From positions 19,220,001-19,284,000 of the forward strand of contig NC_135767.1 of NCBI RefSeq assembly GCF_052425735.1: 64,000 nucleotides of DNA, given 5' to 3'. The stretch comes from Oculina patagonica (lineage: Eukaryota). The notes beneath the pieces were generated by a model. The model saw nothing but the letters and a program-made list of their open reading frames with translations. It made no database searches and was not told the origin of the DNA. A program made the translations under genes and the position numbers. Shown here piece by piece: positions 62,272 through 64,000 of this stretch (position 1 is the stretch's first letter; each line of letters opens with the position of its first letter).

Positions 62272-62720
62272 GTAAGTATTTTTAGTTGAAAGCAAATTCT
62301 GCAATATTAATTCATACTTCAATATATTGCTGTTTCAAGTTAAAAGTGCTTTCTATGGAATTCACATGTTGCTGTTTCAAATATAAAATAATGTTGTCTT
62401 TAACCTTAAAGGAACAGTGCCACAGCTGAGTTTAAGTTTGAACTTTGAACTGTGTCGTTACTTTCATACTTGTGTGTTACACATAACACACATTCAAAGA
62501 CAAGCAATTGTCATTCATTCTTGGAATTAATAAAGTTATTGTTCACAGTTTATTCGCAATCAATGTTGTTAAATTATTCTTACAAACATTTCACCTTCCT
62601 CTTTTGTCCCATCACCAACAAATTGTACAAGAAAAAGGGGAAATCTCAGTCAACACCAAAAACTACCCCTCCTTTCAAGCCTTACTCGAACGCATTCCCC
62701 TAATCGCTGATTACTACTAG

Positions 62721-64000
62721 TTGAGTAGAAAGCGCTTATCTAACCTCTACAAAATGACATTATTTTGTTGGCTGTGACGTCATATGATGTCACACTGAGT
62801 CATTAGAGCCGCCATCTTGGATTTCCTCACTCTCAACCTCGAGCAACTGCTGAGTTATATATTGCCTGACAACGATTAGATTCCCTGACCAGAACCCTCG
62901 TCAACAGCAAATCATTTCAATGGTGCATTGTAAAAATACGAAGACAGTCCTGTTATCGAACATGTAGTAACAAAAGTGCCGTATCTTAGATCATTCATGT
63001 TTTAGATAAACTAAAATACGGGTTATTGAGCTTACAACACAAAGTTAATTACATAAGACACTGAAGCCTTCCACTGACAATTTTAATGGGTTTTGAACTG
63101 CAAAAAAGAGCCGAGAAACACAGGTGCAGAAAAAATAACTAGCCGGGAAGGAATTGCCTTTGTTTTAGCCAACCAAATTATTTGACGCTTTTTTCAAAAT
63201 AACAAAATAGCTTGGTCACTTTTTAGCAATTCACTGCAATAGACCAGTGTGTGAGAGGAGCATTAATCAGCTAAAACATGAATGTTCCAATAATTTCTTA
63301 CTTTAAATTTGCAACAAAAATAGAACATGTTATTTGCTCCTGAAACTCAGGATCAGATTTTGGACGCATTTTCACACCATCTGAGGGTTCACTTAGAACT
63401 TTCCTACAAAAGTGTGGAACCCTCTGCCCCTCAAACTTTATCATGAACCAAAATACTGGCATTGTTGGTTGATTTTAATTTGAGAGCAACGTATTATAAG
63501 CAATTTGACAAATCCAAAACTTGCTTAGAAATGCTCTTATTTGATGTAGCAACGTTTTAGTAGATAGAAAATTTGCAATTTGAAGTGAACTGTTCGTTAA
63601 ATATCGCAACTTTTTGTGCAACGCCTTTTCATTGGCCAACCATTTTGTATGATACTTATTATTAAGTCAGGGAAGCGAATTATTTAGTACATATCATCAC
63701 TAAGTGTTCAAAAACACTATTAATAAAAGCTTTTTATGGCACAACAACACTATAATTGAAGCTCTTTGACAACCTGAAAGTAAAGAAGACTTCGTAAATA
63801 ATCACTGACCAAAAAGATACTGCTATTGTATTAGAAAAAAAGTGAGATAGCACCAATTATGCAAGTACAGATGGTCAGACCACCTTAAAGCGCTGGTAAT
63901 TAAATGTTTCTATTTTCACTTCGACCCGAAAAACGACTTCACTTATAGGAAGAGATCCTTCAATATTGGGGAATCTTCGAGGCCGGGAGGTGGTCCATTC
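62721..64000 (+). repeat. Intergenic/upstream flank of a further GPCR duplication unit (its CDS would begin beyond the window)
   Basis: Colinear with ~56575-57800 and with 47560-48650 + 54292-54900 (GAAACACAGGTGCAGAAAA, AACTCAGGATCAGATTTTGG, GCACCAATTATGCAAGT). Confidence 0.8.

Larger units (their letters stand above)
60107..62720 (+). mobile_element. Non-autonomous Helentron/Helitron-type element carrying an OTU-protease fragment
   Basis: 5' subterminal TGCGTTCGA (60111-60119), inverted at 62686-62694, then hairpin TAATC-GCT-GATTA and CTAG|TT. Inserted in a T-rich site with no clear TSD. The empty site is visible downstream of copy 4 (~56550-56620). Confidence 0.75.

Overview
Eukaryotic, AT-rich, intron-containing animal DNA. 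The repeat families and gene content look cnidarian, probably a stony coral (inference). Left half: four spliced genes reconstructed from GT-AG boundaries: the last four exons of METAP2 (+), a CYB561D-like cytochrome b561 (-), a two-exon RING + coiled-coil + NHL protein (+) and a nine-exon SLC41 Mg2+ transporter (-). Right half (~36.6-64 kb): a head-to-head tandem array of intronless class A GPCRs, with two intact copies, three disrupted copies and the upstream flank of a sixth. The paralogous units serve as 'empty sites' that fix insertion boundaries. The most striking element is a complete, apparently recent LTR retroelement (48654-54291). It has identical 163-bp LTRs with non-canonical CG...CG termini, a 3-bp TSD, a tRNA-Leu-type PBS and one 1646-aa gag-pol ORF whose RT motif reads LADD instead of YxDD (Troyka-like). 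Also present: minimal type I hammerhead ribozyme motifs of the Penelope-associated kind, one intact-looking inside a 183-bp palindrome; a Helentron-type element carrying an OTU protease fragment; a foldback element with 18-bp arrays and a 9-bp TSD; CACAGG-ended elements with 7-bp TSDs; and many MITEs and SINEs. All calls were made by eye; no database searches were run.
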